From contig NW_026262668.1 in NCBI RefSeq assembly GCF_021869535.1, positions 58,962,001-59,026,000 of the forward strand: a stretch of DNA of 64,000 nt. Reading direction: 5' to 3'. Positions 63,261-64,000 of the stretch are shown here, in pieces; position 1 is the first letter of the stretch, and every line of letters begins with the position of its first letter. The stretch is from Mytilus californianus (taxonomy: Eukaryota). Below the pieces are notes generated by a model that worked only from the letters and a program-made list of their open reading frames with translations, had not been told where the DNA came from and ran no database searches. A program made the translations under genes and the position numbers.

Positions 63261-64000
63261 TCTTCATTCTAAAGTAAGTTAGACACTTTAAACCCTATAC
63301 AGTGTTAAATGACATAAGTCTCAAAATGTTAGCGGTCGCAGTTTCATTTACACAGTCTTCATTGATACATCTCAAGATTTGTATATAACATGGTCTGCTA
63401 TGAAATTTAGACAATAGTAAAAAAATTAACATCGTTAAAATCATCAATCTGGTCATACGTGTAGCTTAATGAACTATTTAAACGGTATAATTTCCCCTGA
63501 TTATGTAAGCATGAAAATAAAACCCCATTACAACCGGATTAAAATTTTAGAAAAGAAATAAAAGACAGGTCTGCGAATAGATGGTTTATATATGAGTTTA
63601 AATTGGCTTTGAACTAGTTTTAAGTAACTGCAGGTACTCTTGGTTAGGTACTATGTGTATTTTGTCATTTTTATCGATTTCCTTTGTGCTTAGTATCGAT
63701 CTAATAAGGAAATGTGGTATCATTGCAAACTATTCATCAGGGAGAAAAAAAAACGATATTGTATTAGCCACTATATTTCTTTTCATCTGTTTTTTCTACA
63801 GTTTGTTCTAATGATTTATTATACTGCTATAACTTGATTACAATCTAAATTTTTAAATGATTTAGAAACAAGTCAACAATTAATTATGAAGTTTTAAGTT
63901 AAAATACAGTATAAAGTGTATGCAAATATGGATTCTATCCACAAAAGATAAAAAACAACGGTTTTAACTACTACCTTCAACAACAAGCAAAACCCTTACC

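Overview
AT-rich, intron-rich animal DNA, most likely a bivalve mollusc. The repeat families look Mytilus-like (from recall, not a database search). By hand I can assemble three spliced protein-coding genes, which the ORF track shows only as fragments. (1) A complete 7-exon, 315-aa secreted HEXXH zinc metallopeptidase resembling bacterial lethal-factor/Pro-Pro-endopeptidase-like proteins (+, 2447-13169). (2) A complete 3-exon, 307-aa aquaporin with an NPS/NPA pair and an atypical filter (-, 25374-34362). (3) The 5' part of a secreted fibrinogen-related protein (+, from 52021, running off the window). The rest is mobile DNA: a decayed, multiply interrupted Ngaro/DIRS tyrosine-recombinase retroelement, Penelope-like and LINE RT remnants, a Harbinger remnant, Helentron-type non-autonomous elements (one carrying a 134-bp satellite), MITEs, SINE fragments and a 45-bp minisatellite. 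Two non-coding signals stand out. The first is about ten hammerhead-ribozyme motifs, including ~538-nt tandem units with one ribozyme each (retrozyme-like). The second is four long palindromes with unrelated arms but one shared apex (TC/TC internal loop, short GC-rich stem, T-N-C triloop).
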